Shown in pieces: positions 12,057-25,662 of a stretch of DNA of 64,000 nucleotides. This DNA is from Eledone cirrhosa (Eukaryota): positions 262,136,001 to 262,200,000 of the forward strand of contig OZ024740.1 in NCBI GenBank assembly GCA_964016885.1, read 5' to 3'. The notes beneath the pieces were generated by a model. It was not told the DNA's origin, did no database searches, and saw only the letters and a program-made list of their open reading frames with translations. The stretch's first letter is position 1; each line of letters begins with the position of its first letter. Made by a program: the position numbers and the translations under genes.

Positions 12057-12562
12057 TGTATGTATGTATGTATGAATATTGAAGTGATTTTCTGTGATTT
12101 TGTACGTTTAAACTGTCTTATTTCTTAACTTTCTTTTTTAGTCTTCTATAATTTGTTATTGTTACAAATCTTCAAATTTGTATATTGTCGCTTCGCAAGA
12201 TTGTTTTCTCCCGATTTTACTAGAATGTCTATAGTGTCTCTTATTGTAATATTGATTTCTCACACACAATACCATAAGATAAAGATTGGTAGAGCTTAAG
12301 ATGATTACACTGACTCCCTGTCTTGTACAAACATGTTATTTTAACGAACTCGGATCAAGTAATGATAAAATTGAGCCCGAGGCGAATATTTAAAAAAGAA
12401 AATTTTTTTGGCTGTAATAAACATTATATAAGTAAAAGTACAAATCTAGACTGAACAGTATTGATACTTAAAATAAGATTTTAAGCTGGTAAAGTAACGT
12501 GAACTTGCTGTAACCCGGAACCAAAAACGACCCTCCCACTCACCCGTACATTTTTATCACAA

Positions 12563-12910
12563 TAAGGCGGCAAATTGGCAAAGTCGTTAGAACGTCGGAT
12601 AGAATGCGTTGTGGTTTTCGTTCCGGCTCTCTGTTTTCTGAGTTCAAATCCCTTCGGGGTCAACTTTGCATTTCATCATTTCGCGGTCGACAAAACAGTA
12701 CCAGTCAACTACTGGAGTCGATTCTTCCTTCATATCTCTTACTCGCTTTCTCTCTCTCACATTCTAGATTTTTCTGAAAGAAATCTGCTAGAGAGGGATG
12801 GGCTCCACCAGTCTTAAAATATCCATAGAAACGCCGTACGATTATATCAATACGGTGCCCCTAAGACTCCCCGAAGGGTTACAGGACCATACCATATTAA
12901 TACATTTGAA
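12563..12910 (+). mobile_element. tRNA-derived SINE with an extended 3' body (composite subfamily)
   Basis: A-box-like tggcaaagtcgttag, B-box gagttcaaatc; the extension (gagagggatgggctccacc...gaaacgccgtacg...gactcc) is shared with 55185-55390(-) and 34000-34155(-). Confidence 0.7.
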
Positions 12911-12913
12911 GAC

Positions 12914-13160
12914 ACGTGGCTTTGTGGTTAGAATGTTCAGCTCACGATCATAAAGTCATTAACCAGATTTCTGGCGTTGTGTTGTGTCATTGAGTGCGAA
13001 ACTTTAAATCAGTTGTTGCCTCTCAACTCAATTCAAAGGTTCAGTCTCATCCCACTATACAGCACATTGAATCTGACTGACAACTTTACGACTGAGACAC
13101 GTGTTTGCGGAAGGCTCAGACACAAACAGGTTAGTTTCGTGAACAAGCTATTCCGTTGAC
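12914..13160 (+). mobile_element. Second tRNA-derived SINE family (CORE-like body), diverged
   Basis: gtggctttgtggttaga A-box head, then ttgtgtcattgagtgcgaaacttt resembling gtgtccttgagcaagacacttt; related copy at 36665-36765(-). Confidence 0.5.
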
Positions 13161-13529
13161 TCACCTCAACTGAAATATTCGTCGTCGGAGGTTGGGCAAT
13201 GACAATACACATAAACATTTATAAATTGAATTATGTAGGTATATTTTTTAGATGAATCTATACATTTCATTTCAATGAACAAAAGTTATACAATGGTGAA
13301 AATATTAAAAAAGGATATAAACAAAATTACGAAATGAAAAAGAGAGGAAAAAGGGGACGAAGGGGTAAAGAAGAGCAGATCTGGCTGCACAGGAATGTAA
13401 AGGAAACAATTATAAATCTCATAAATGAGAGGAAAAGGAGGGGAAGAAAAAAAACTATTGTGAAAGAACAAGCGCTATTAGGCAGCAGAAGAAAGAAAGG
13501 GGAAGCAGTTTTTCCCAAAGGCATGTCCG

Positions 13530-14235
13530 CAGACAATGGCCAGTGAGATTGGCTTCAACAGCCACCTCACCTCGTCAGGCTCTTTCCCCAGACGAGATGC
13601 TGTCGTTCCGATTTTGGTAAGTAAATTGTAACTGAAGCAGGTAGAGAAGTTCAAGTAATTCGGGGCCGTGTTTACGAATGATGGAAAGCAAGAGGTTGAA
13701 TTAAGTGCAATAATTGCAGGAGCTGGTACAGTAACGCGCCAGCTTCAGCATTCAGTGATCAGAAGAAGGGAGGTAGGTGTAAAAGCCAAACTTGCAATCT
13801 TCAATTCAGTATTCGTGCCGACCCTTAAACGCGGTCATGATTCTTGGGTAATGACCGAAAGAATACGGTCGTGAATACAAGCGGCCGAAATGGGATTCCT
13901 CAAAAGTGTCTTTGGAGTAACGTTACTTGATAGGGTGCGTGGCTCGGAGATCAGAGAGTCACTCCAGGTAGAGCCGTTACTTCCCCGAATTGAGAAATCA
14001 AAGCTCCGATACTATGAGGATGTAGTTAGAATGTCTCACAAAACCAGCCAGCAGAGGTCCCAGGGGTATACCCCGAGCAAGATGGTTGGAGAACATCCAT
14101 GAGCTTGGTTGGTCTCGCTTGGTATCCAGCTGGATCAGTTGGAGACGGTTGCTTCTGACAGGACCCGCTAGAAGGAGTGTTTGAGGTTTCTTCCCCCAGG
14201 CCCCTCTCAGGGATAAGTGGGCGAGGAGGAAGGAA
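13530..14235 (+). mobile_element. RTE-clade (Rex3-like) LINE 3' fragment
   Basis: KQVEKFK, KLAIFNSVFVPTL.RGHDSWVMTERIRS.IQAAEMGFL, VEPLLPRIEKSKLR; 3' end ggataagtgggcgagga. Confidence 0.8.
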
Positions 14236-14694
14236 ATAATTGAAACCAAATCAGTTGTGGTAGATAAGCACGTGAATATGCATATACACAGACAAAGGCA
14301 TTAACGCATACACATAGATACATACTCATAAAAACAGTCAGACACAAGTCAATGAATTTGCTTCTACATGTTCACGCGAAGTCAAATCATTCTTAAATAA
14401 CAAGCTACTCTTTTTATAAAAGTGAGTCGTATTGAGTATATATAGTTCTAGATATAGAAGGTCTGAAAAACAAAGACAGGGTGTTTCAAGGCTGGAACCC
14501 AGTTGGTCATACACCTGCTCAATTCGGGTGAACCTAAGTTTAAACAAATGTAATAATACAAAATCAGCAACAAAGAGAATATAATACCAACATAAGAATG
14601 GATATCACTGAAACATAATCACAGGTGTGTGACAAAAGAACCCTGAGAGACTACACACACACACACACACACACACATACGCACGCACGCACAG

Positions 14695-14732
<38 letters not shown>

Positions 14733-14766
14733 CTACATAAATATACACACACATACATACACACAA

Positions 14767-14831
<65 letters not shown>

Positions 14832-14849
14832 CTTTTAACTGATGTTCAA

Positions 14850-15035
14850 TCAATGATAAACATTGATTGCCAGCTAAATTAACTATAGGGATATAAAATC
14901 TACAGAAGCGAAAACCAACCCAAACCAAACAGTGAATGTGTTTTATTATATATTTCTGGCAATATTATAACAACAAATATAACAATATTTTTTCAATACA
15001 CGATTTCATATAAAAAATCTTGCAAAACAAATTCA
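14850..15035 (+). mobile_element. Diverged PLE terminal-repeat fragment
   Basis: Reverse complement of ~62860-63000; 3' part resembles 27250-27340 and 39120-39220. Confidence 0.5.
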
Positions 15036-15658
15036 ACACCGTCACAAAAATTAGATATATTTTTATGATAAATATTCATGACATAAATCTAAAATATGGG
15101 GTGACTAATTTCGCGAATATACACTGAGGTTGTCACAGCATTGCAAATGATTGCGTTCCCTTCACGCTGTTTTCCATATTTAATAAATTAAAAAAACTTA
15201 GGTACTGAACAAATTAAAAATGTTTAAGTATTTTTCACTGACGCAATTTTTTACCAGAATTTGTCGTTCATATAATGACTGTTGTCATAATAAAAGATGC
15301 AGTTTAAATGAAATAAAATTTGGTTACGTATTACATCAAAAATGCTATAATTCATTTTCCAGTCTTCTTTTAAATTTTTACTTATTTTGAATTACGAAAA
15401 GCCTGTTTCGTCAAAGTTATTTGAAGATTTTGTATTTAGGTTTAGATAGGTTCGCTGGTGAGGAATAATAAGATTGAAATACATCGCAAGTTTTTTTAGT
15501 GCTAAAAATACTGATCGATTTTCATAGTTTGATTGATAACATTTTCTCTACATCTATTTTGACCAGAATTAGTCAATTAACAAATGATTGTTCTCATCAA
15601 TAAGGGTGAATTTGTAATGAATTAAAATTACTATTATACTTATATATCTACACACACT

Positions 15659-15822
<164 letters not shown>

Positions 15823-15824
15823 CA

Positions 15825-17037
15825 GAAATATCCATGGTAAGTTGTGGGGTCTAGTCTGCATGAAGAATTCAATGTAATCCATATGTTGAAAATGTTGTAG
15901 GTTAAAATAACTCCCGAAAAACAATAAAACATCAAAAGGAAAACAGAGTTATGATATAAGTTAAAACAATGAAATAAAAATTCAAGTCATTAGAAATATA
16001 TTTCACTGCTTTACGATCGTTTATAGGTGATAATAATGCATCGTCCGCATATTTCGTTATCGATCTATGTAAGGTTAGTTACAAAATATCAGATAAGTAA
16101 TATATTTCCTTTCATGGATATCATCAGCTGTTGTCAAAAACAATGAGAATTTTATTCAAAATCAGTAGTAAATTAAGTTCTATGACCTTATTTGGAGGTA
16201 GCTGAAGAACAAACCAATTAAATTGTTTTTTTTTTTCCCCATATGCTGTTAAGAAGAAAAATAACTCACTTTAGTTGAGGTTATGACCCTTTGAAAGTAA
16301 TGGTTGAAAGGTGTTAAAAATAGAATTGCTATAAAAACCTATGATGAAAAAAGGGATTGTTATATTGATAGTTGAATGTATATTGTATAGTGGAGTTTAA
16401 AAGGAATGTAAAAATTAAATGTTGAGTTGTGTTGTATGGAGTTTTTAGGTGAATATAAATCATGGTAATGACTAGGAAAGATAATATATTAAAAGATGAA
16501 AATTATAATAAGATAATGAAATATAATAATATAATAATATAATAATATCATATAATGTTTCTACTTTTGGCACAAGGCCAGCAAATACCTGGTACATTAC
16601 TGGTACTTTATTTTATCGACCCCGTAAGGATTAAAGGCAAAGTTAACCTCGACGAGATTTGAACTCAGACCGTAAAGGGACGTAACTATGCTGGAAAGCA
16701 TGGCGTCCGACTCTCTACCGATACTGCCAATCCACAATATAATGTAATATAATTTAGTACGGTATGGTACATTGTACATAGTATAATACAGCGTATGATA
16801 CATCTTAAAATATAAAATAGTAAATATCTTCAAGTGGGTCTATGTATAAGTAATCAAACTCAGATAAATGCATGTTGACATATAGTCAAAACGCATAATT
16901 TTCATAGATCACTAAGTGCATATAATCACCTATATAGATAGAGGTATAGTTATATTGATACTCTATTAAAAACATACATACGCATATATAGATATAAACA
17001 TATACGTACACCTACATATGCGCACACAATCATATAT

Positions 17038-17113
<76 letters not shown>

Positions 17114-18364
17114 TTATACATACATATATATATGTGTACGCACACATACATGTACCAACACGCATACACACACATACACATATACACACATACATATATA
17201 CACATATATATATATATTCTCATATCATACATACATAGATACATATATACCAATGCAATTACATGTGGTTATGTACCTTGTTGCCCTTAGTCATTAACGC
17301 ATGAATCTAAGGAAGCTAAAAAATTAAAAGGTTAAAAAAAAAAAAAATAAGCTGGAAGGCGCATAATTAGGGGAAGGGGATACTAACAAATGTTACGTTA
17401 CATAGAATTATAGTGAGTTGCTATTTAGAATATATAATTATGTTTATAGTACTTAAATGTTTTTCGTATACGGTGATTACAAGCTATAATCAGTTCCTGT
17501 CTTTTATTCAATAAATCGTCCTTAGAATTTAGTAATTTCCAAGATCTCCCCTGGACATAATCTGCATTCTCTCCTGTTCCCAAGATATGGAGTTCTTTGC
17601 AGAATGGTATTCCACCATAGCTTGAAATCTATTTTTTTCTTTTTATTGTTATTTATTGCTTCAGCTAAAGATGTGGTGTTAGCTAGTTTAGTATTGTTAG
17701 AGCTACTAGAGTGTGCGTAATATCTTTTCTTAAATGTGTTCGATGTAGAACCTATATATGTTTTGTTGGACTCAGTAGTAGACACATATATTGCATTTAT
17801 ATTTCATTATCTTATTATAATTTTCATCTTTTAATATACTATCTTTCCTAGTCATTACCATGATTTATATTCACCTAAAAACTCCATACAACACAACTCA
17901 ACATTTAATTTTTACGTTCCTTTTAAACTTCACTATACCATATACATTCAACTATCAATATAACAATCCCTTTTTCATCATAGGTTCTTTATAGCAATTC
18001 TATTTTTAACACCATTCAACCATTCCTTTCAGAGGGTCATGACCTCAACTAAAATTAGTTATTTTTCATCTTAACATCATATGGGAAAAAAACAATTTGA
18101 TTGGTTTCTTCTTCAGCTACCTCCAAATAAGGTCATAGAACTTAATTGACTACTGATTTTGAATAAAATTCTCATTGCTTTTGACAACAGCTGATGATAT
18201 AAATGTAAGTAAATATATTCCTTATCTGATATTTTGTAACTAACCTTACATAGATCGATAACGAAATATGCGTACGATGTATCATTATCACCTAGAAACG
18301 ATCGTAAAGTAGTGAAGTATATTTCTAATGACTTGAATTTTTATTTCATTGTTTTAACTTATAT
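15825..18364 (-). mobile_element. 5'-truncated Penelope-like element with inverted terminal-repeat copy (arms ~15954-16526 and ~17797-18364)
   Basis: ~570-bp inverted arms; GIY-YIG remnant at 17440-17790(-) (YIGSTSNTFKKRYYAH, CRLC); decayed long-stem-II hammerhead with GAAACGATCGTA at ~18172-18315. Confidence 0.8.
16556..16735 (-). mobile_element. tRNA-derived SINE, young subfamily
   Basis: Minus strand gtggattggcagtatcggtagag...ctgagttcaaatc...gggtcgataaaataaagtaccag...gctggccttgtgccaaaagtagaaaca. Confidence 0.85.
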
Positions 18365-18385
18365 ATATATATATATAAACAATGA

Positions 18386-20070
18386 GTTATATAGTTTGTT
18401 GATTATTCAAAAAGTTAATTTTACAACAGATTAGAAGCACTCGACAAGTTTTATCTGGAGTATCATTAATATTAATAAGGATACTCCATATTATTAGTAA
18501 AAATATACTTGACAGACTAATATCAAAACTCAAACAAAAATCATATCTCAAGCTTTGGAACGGTACAAATGAAGTAATAGATTGGTTTGAAGACATTAAA
18601 TCTAAAAATAATACTAAATTTATACAAATGGATATAGTTAATTATTATTCTTCAATAACTCCTAATTTACTTAATAAAGCACTAATATACGCATCAAAGT
18701 ATACTGACTTATCTAGCGAAGAAATAAACATTATATTAACTGCACGAAAACTCCTATTGAATTTAACAACGATCTTTGGACTGAAGCTGATACACCGAAG
18801 AATTTTGATATTATGATGGGCTCTTCGGACTCAGCTCAAGTTACAGACCTAGTTGGCATCTTCATTCTAAACGCCTTACATAGGAAATTACCGGAGATTT
18901 ATATCGTGATGATGCGTTATTTAAAATAGATAAACATGTTAATAGTGAACTTAGCAGAAAAAAAGAAAATTATTATAGACTTCTTTAATAATTATTAGAA
19001 ATAGAAAACGATAATAAAATTGTTAATTTCTTAGACGTTACACTAAACCTTAACTCTGGCCTATATTACCCGCTCCATAATATCAATGAAAATGTAAACT
19101 ACGTTAGCTTCTACTCTAGAAATGTTAAAAAAAGCTATAGTTAATAGTGTCCAGCAAAGAATATCTTGACTCTCAGCTAATAAAAATATATTTGATAACA
19201 AAGCAGAATATTACAATGACGCTCTACACGGAGCTGGATACAATAATAAGATTAACTACATAGATAAGAATAGTATAAACCAACCTCCTAAAGTTTATTA
19301 TAATATTAATAATAAACAAATTAACCAAAATAATAAATCAAATAAAAAAGCCAGAACTAGAAATATAATTTGGTATTCTCCACCAATTTCATTAGGAATT
19401 AAGACACTTTTAGCACACCAATTCTTTAAAGCTCTAGATAAATGTTTTCCTAAGTCCCATAAGTATCACTCCATTTTTAACAAACATACAGTCAAGCGCT
19501 CTTACTCTACTATTATGAATATAGCCCAGAATATTGCTAGAATTAATAATAGGAATTTAAAATTAAACCCAACCGAAGTAAACTCAAATAACAATAACAA
19601 TAACAATATAATTAATAACATTACGAATAATAATAATAGAGAATGCATGAATAATAATACGGTATATTTAAATAACAATATAAGGAAATAGAAATTTAGT
19701 ATACAAATGACCATAAAACTAGGGATAGATTATATAACTATATAGGAGCAACTTCTTCAAAATTTGAAGAGCGTTGAAACATACTTTCAAATCAGAAACA
19801 TACTTTCAAATGATTGGATAAAATATTCTCAACCTCACTATCACAATTAATTTGGTCTGCAAAAGACAATAACACTGACTATTCAATCTCTTGGAGAAAA
19901 ATATTGATTGCGCCGGTTTACCAAAATATGGCACTTTCAAGAATTTGTCATCTCTGTGTTGAAGAAATCTTTCATATAATTACCAATCCTGGTAATATCA
20001 TTAAAAAAAAAGGAAATATTTAATTCTTGTTTGCATCGATTCTCCAAAACATTTCACAATATTTATAATT
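18386..20070 (+). mobile_element. Penelope-like element, degenerate RT + GIY-YIG ORF
   Basis: LWNGTNEVIDWF, FIQMDIVNYYSSIT, FDIMMGSSDSAQVTDLVG, YRDDAL, VNFLDVTLNL, IIWYSPP, YIGATSSKF, CHLCVEE; many frameshifts. Confidence 0.85.
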
Positions 20071-20661
20071 TATAGAAACTACTACACTATGGTCTATATA
20101 AGTTGCCTATGTACAATATATTTTTAATTGTTTTTAAATGTTTTAAAATTTTTACATAGAAATATTTCTTATACAATGTAAAAAACTATTATCAAAACCA
20201 TATTTACTATATGGTGCTCTGAAATCTTATATGAATTTTTTTACTTATATTATAAGATAAATTATAATTAATTATTAGGTTAAACATAAGATGAAACAAT
20301 ATACTATTAAATATCTATCATAAACATTCTTTAAAATACTAAATATTTGGAGTTATCTTCCCTAATAATTTTCTTTGCTTTATACGATACATTTCAAGAT
20401 GCATAAATGTTTAAATATTATATTACTAAACATATGCAATAATAGATTATACATAATACTATACATTTTTACTTAAAAAATATAATTACTTTCACATTCT
20501 TAAATTATATGTATAAAATTATATGCATATATATTATTGCTTGATCTATCCTACGCTCATTTATAAATCTATGTATATATATATACTTAAATAAGATCTA
20601 TATCACGCATAATCATTTATGTACTAAATAATAATTTCTATTTTTAAATAGCGATATATAG

Positions 20662-20848
20662 TAATTGTTTCTAATTTTGGCACAAGGCCAGCAATTAACC
20701 AGTACATTACTGGTACTTTATTTTATCGACCCCGTAAGGATGAAAGGCAAAGTTAACCTCAACGGGATTTAAACTCAGACCGTAAAGAAACGTAACTATG
20801 CTAGAAAGCATAGCGTCCAATCCTCTGCCGATACTGCCAATTCACGTC
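20662..20848 (-). mobile_element. tRNA-derived SINE, young subfamily
   Basis: Near-identical to 16556-16735. Confidence 0.85.
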
Positions 20849-21066
20849 TTATAATATGCTACAATACATTATATTTATAACTACATTCATAATATTAAAA
20901 TATATGCGAAAAAATATTTCCCCTCGTATATGGAAATACAGTGTATATTTCATTCACATATTTTATTGTTGCAATTGCTTTAATGAATTAATAGTTTATA
21001 ATTTAATGCAATACATTATAAATCTCATCTAAATATTATAAATACATCCATATTCTTAAAAGATAT

Positions 21067-22020
21067 TGTAGTGACCTACATTCCGAGGGCTCATGGATAC
21101 ATACTCCGTACGTTGTTTGGCTCCATTCAGCCAATCGTTATCAGCGTAGGAGAATGTATCTCGACTTCGGCCCAGAGGGAAAAATTCCCGCGGCGATTCA
21201 AAAATCTCTCTCTTGCTGCTTTGGGCTCTGAAAGGTCAACACGCAATTATGTGACAGTGAGATTTTCACTTTGACCAGTCGGCCTCCTTTGGCCCGGCAC
21301 AGCGCTTTATCTTTACTTCTTAAAATTCTTAATTTTGTAAATAGTTAGATTGATTACACACTCAGAATACCTAGTTAGTAAATGATTACACACTCAGTCA
21401 AGACCGATTACGCGCATTTACCTTTACTTTAAGATACCCTAACCATTGAGTTCTCTCGGTTGGGATATAGCTAGACGTATTGCACACTCAGTTAAGACCG
21501 TTTACGCTCTCTATACATAACTCTACACACAGTACCCGTTTTCTTTAGACATTGAGTCCCACAGTTACGACTGGTCACGTTCTTACCGATTGAACACTAC
21601 TCCTGGTTTTGATCATCTAACCATGGAGTGCTCACAGTTACAGATTGAACAATAATACTTACACACCATTAATGGGCCTACACACATCCTCTAGGCTTTG
21701 CTAGCTTTGTTATTTTACTTTACTTTTTGTGTTGGATAACACACCTCCACCACCCAAACACCTATCTTAAAAGCCCAAGGGCCCATATGACGAGAAATCG
21801 CACTTACTGACACCTTAACCCAAATACCAAACCCTACACGGAGCCCCTTGCTGGCCTACATAGCGGTTGCTTGGACGCACGAATTTGGGGACTCGGATTC
21901 TCAATGGGACAGCGGTACATACTGAGTTCGATATGAGCTGATTGCTTGTTCTTCACATGGATGTGTATATACCCAGACATACGCTTTTTTGGACGATACG
22001 GATGTGTATATACCACAACA
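21067..22020. mobile_element. Possible solo LTR
   Basis: Begins TGTAGTG and ends CACAACA (imperfect inverted termini, TG..CA); higher complexity than flanks; internal gattacacactcag subrepeats; no clear TSD. Confidence 0.35.
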
Positions 22021-22093
22021 TACACTTGATAATATGGATGTTACAATTCAATCTAAGCACGTATAGCAGAACACTGAACTGAATTTACTTTCT

Positions 22094-22215
<122 letters not shown>

Positions 22216-22698
22216 GGGCTGTGGTTGACCCAATATTTCCAATTTGCATCGTCAAATTGTGATTTAGCCAATGTAGCATTTGTTGTTTTGTAAACTAACT
22301 TTTCGGTGAATGCTATGTTGGTATATTCTTATATTTGTTGTTTTTTCTTTGACATCGATTCGGTGCCCGTCTATAGTTCTACAGATTTGATACTGTGTTG
22401 ATGTGTGAATATATTTATATATATTTTATCTTTGACTTCGAGTCGGTGTGTGTGGGTGTTAAGTTTGTGTGTACCCACTCACATTAACTGTGACCAACTG
22501 TATTTCTACAGATTTGATTGATGTCCTGTGTCTTTTGCAGCTATTGGGATATAGAAATGTGATTGTTTTATGACCTTAACTGAAGTTGATAGCAGTCGCC
22601 GCATTTTGACTGCTTGATCTTCATATGAGGGAATGAACTCTGTGAGTGAACATTGCTAATTTTCTCCCTCATAACAAGAATTTGAAGACAATTCATTT

Positions 22699-22772
22699 TC
22701 ACCTGATGAGTTCAGAGATAATTGATCATGGCTTCACGATCGATCTCTCTCTTATTGAAACATGTGTCGTGA
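22699..22772 (+). ncRNA. Type I hammerhead ribozyme motif
   Basis: Stem I tcac/gtga, CTGATGA, stem II agaga..attgatc.tg-gctt-ca.gatcgat..tctct, GAAAC-ATGT-GTC. Confidence 0.6.
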
Positions 22773-22957
22773 TTAAAATGATTGGAAATTTTACCTTACC
22801 TTCGGATTTTCATTTTGATACTAATACTCCATTTTACATCATCTAGCTGTTCCCTTGAATGGAAGTGGAGATATACTAAAGTGTTGAGAACTTAATATTG
22901 CTAACAAAAATTTATTGGACCGTTTTGCACAACCAATAATGCATCTTACTATATAAC

Positions 22958-23002
<45 letters not shown>

Positions 23003-23004
<2 letters not shown>

Positions 23005-23295
23005 ACAACACCACCAGCTCTCTTCCATTCTCCTTCTCTGTTTCGTTTCCTCTCTCTATATATATATGTCTCTCTTTAAATCTACTCTGTCACAACCACT
23101 ATCTCTTCCTCTCTATATTTCTCTCTTTTTGTTTATGAAGGTACCCGGAAAAACTCCACATATCTGGAACGCGTGGTCCGATTTACGTGAAACCCGTTTT
23201 ATTCCATTTGTATTCTCATTTCAGGGGTAACTTCCGTTGGCTGTATTACATTACAGACACGGAAGCAAGCAAGCAATCACATACTTTTAGTATTA
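23003..23295 (-). mobile_element. Helitron-like 5' portion (host of the 23296-24160 insertion)
   Basis: Similar to 42055-42260(-), whose minus strand starts TCTATATACTACTAAAA; shared ccgggtaccttcataaac. Confidence 0.5.
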
Positions 23296-24160
23296 TCTAT
23301 ATATATAAAACTGAGGATGTCTGTCTGTGTGTAAGTTTGAATCCCTAGAACTCGACAAGCACCCAACCGACTGTTTTCAAACTTTACACATGTAATACTT
23401 ATGTTTCAGGGAGTCTTCTGAGCAAAAGGAATTTCAAATGTTCAATGTTCTAGGGACCGCATTAGGCGATTTAACGATCTCTCTCTGTAATTCTTAGTCT
23501 TTCTCTTTTTAGATAGATACATACATTTAACATCGCACCCTTATAATATCTGTCTGTATGTCTGGCTGTCTGCATTACGTCATGTCTGTGTGTGTGTGTG
23601 TGTGTGTGAGTTTGAATCCCTAAATCTCGAGAAGTACCCAACGGACCTTTTTCAAACTTTACATGTGTATTACTTATGTTTCAGGGAGTGTTATGCACAT
23701 AACAAATTCAACTTTTTGATCCCCTAGGGCCCGCATTAGGTGAAAAGCTGCGTTTTTTCAGGTTTTTAGGGGTTTTTTGAGGCGTTACGTCAGACTGATT
23801 TCCTTGAAATTGTAACTATGTATTAGTCAGTCTCTTCTTCATACCGTGAGCAAAGAAAATCCAACTTTTTTATGGCCTAGGGCCCGCATTAGGTGAAAAA
23901 CTTCATTTTTTCAGCTTTTTAGGGCTTTTTTGAGGCGTTACATCTAGCCGATTTTCCCGATCCCCTAGGGCCTGCATTAGGTGAAAACCTGCATTCTTCC
24001 TGCTTCATCGAGGAAATTCTTAAAGATTATCCAGCCATTAGAGTATTCGGTTTATTTTCTTTACATATTGTCCAGGCATGCAGTTTTTCCACGATTAGGT
24101 CTGTTGGCGGCACGCGTTCCAAAATATCTTATACCGTGCAACGCCGGGTACCAATGCTAG
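23296..24160 (+). mobile_element. Non-autonomous Helitron
   Basis: 5' TCTATATATATAAAACTGAG, 3' ccgtgcaacgccggg hairpin then CTAG, inserted between A (23295) and T (24161), no TSD; internal repeats ctagggcccgcattaggtgaaaa. Confidence 0.85.
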
Positions 24161-24282
24161 TATAGATATATAAGCCGAAGAGATGGATATATATTGATAG
24201 TGAAACGCGTCTCCTATTAATTATGAATTCTTTGTATTCTTTGTTAAAAAATTGATTGTATATATATATGTATATATATATA

Positions 24283-24545
24283 CAATCCCAAAAGTCAGTT
24301 CAAAAGTGACACAGAGGAGACTGAGGTTAGCTGTACATGCTCACTGACATCCAGAGTTGACATTGCACTCAGTGCTCCTGTGGGAGCCCCTACATGGACA
24401 CACTAGAAGAGGAAGACCAAGGTTAACGTATGTTGATGCCCTAAGGACAGACACTGGTCTGTTGGAGACGCAGGACATGGCAGCGATAATGAGGGACAGA
24501 GATCGCTGGAGAGAACTCGTCCATAGATCTCGGGAATTTTAACCG
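24283..24545 (+). mobile_element. RTE-clade LINE 3' end fragment
   Basis: RRLRLAVH..HPELTLHSVLLWEPLHGHTRRGRPRLTYVDAL..MRDRDRWR. Confidence 0.75.
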
Positions 24546-25107
24546 CCTTAGATATATATATATATATATATATATGAATACATATAGTAATTCATAAAGA
24601 CATATATATATTTAAACATCGTCACAGATACATATATGAATGTTGGCTACCTTCAACGGTGTGGGTCGATGAGTGAATGAATTAAGTAAATAATTACCAA
24701 TCAGAGCTATATAAAATTCTTATATATATATATATATAAACATGCTTTTGCACATAATTTCGTACTTACAGGCGCACACACTCTGTTACTCACATATACA
24801 CACACATTTCTTCTTAGTTTCATACGGACGTATAATAACACACACGCACCCCCCCCCCCACACACACACACAAACACATGCTTACGCACGTGCACAAGTA
24901 TAGATCTTTTTACAAAACGTTTTTTTTTTCATTTCAGGTAGACGCGCACCATCTTCCATTTTTCTAAAAAACAAATCATACACAGAACGCCAACACCAAC
25001 AGTTTTACAGGAGATGTCAACATGAATGGACTTGTTATTTTTATCTAAAGACATTTTTTCCAATTCCAACCCACCCGTCCCCTTAATCTATCCTATTTCT
25101 CATTCTT

Positions 25108-25143
25108 TCTTCTGATGAAGGACAAGCGTCCGAAACGTTAAGA
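25108..25143 (+). ncRNA. Minimal type I hammerhead ribozyme motif
   Basis: tctt-CTGATGA-a-GGAC-aagc-GTCC-GAAACGTT-aaga: 4-bp stem I, 4-bp stem II, palindromic ACGT stem III, GTT site. Confidence 0.75.
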
Positions 25144-25368
25144 CCCTCTTCCTGGTATTTCAAGCGTTAACCTAATATATAACTTCCATATACTGTACCG
25201 ATTGTGTTGTTATTTCTGTTTACCTTTCACATACACACATATATATATATAGATATGTGTGTGTGTGTGTATATAATTTTAGTCTGATGACCCTATGAGA
25301 AGCAGGTGAAACTCCATTAGTGACAAGACTTACTATTTAGTCATACTAAAATCAAAATAATGAACATA

Positions 25369-25465
<97 letters not shown>

Positions 25466-25619
25466 TGTTATACTTTGGGAGGGTCATGTTGCCAATAAGA
25501 AACACATGCACCAGTTGCTTTCACTTCAATTTATTATAATAAATTTATAAATTTAGGAATTTATAAATATCCGGTTGGTTGGTTGGTTAGTTCCACAACC
25601 AGATGGTTGTTTATATATT

Positions 25620-25662
25620 GTCAAAGTTCTTTCGTCACACATTCTGTGACCTCTTCAGTGAC
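25620..25662 (-). ncRNA. Type I hammerhead ribozyme motif
   Basis: gtca-CTGAAGA-g-GTCACA-gaatg-TGTGAC-GAAA-gaac-TT-tgac. Confidence 0.72.
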
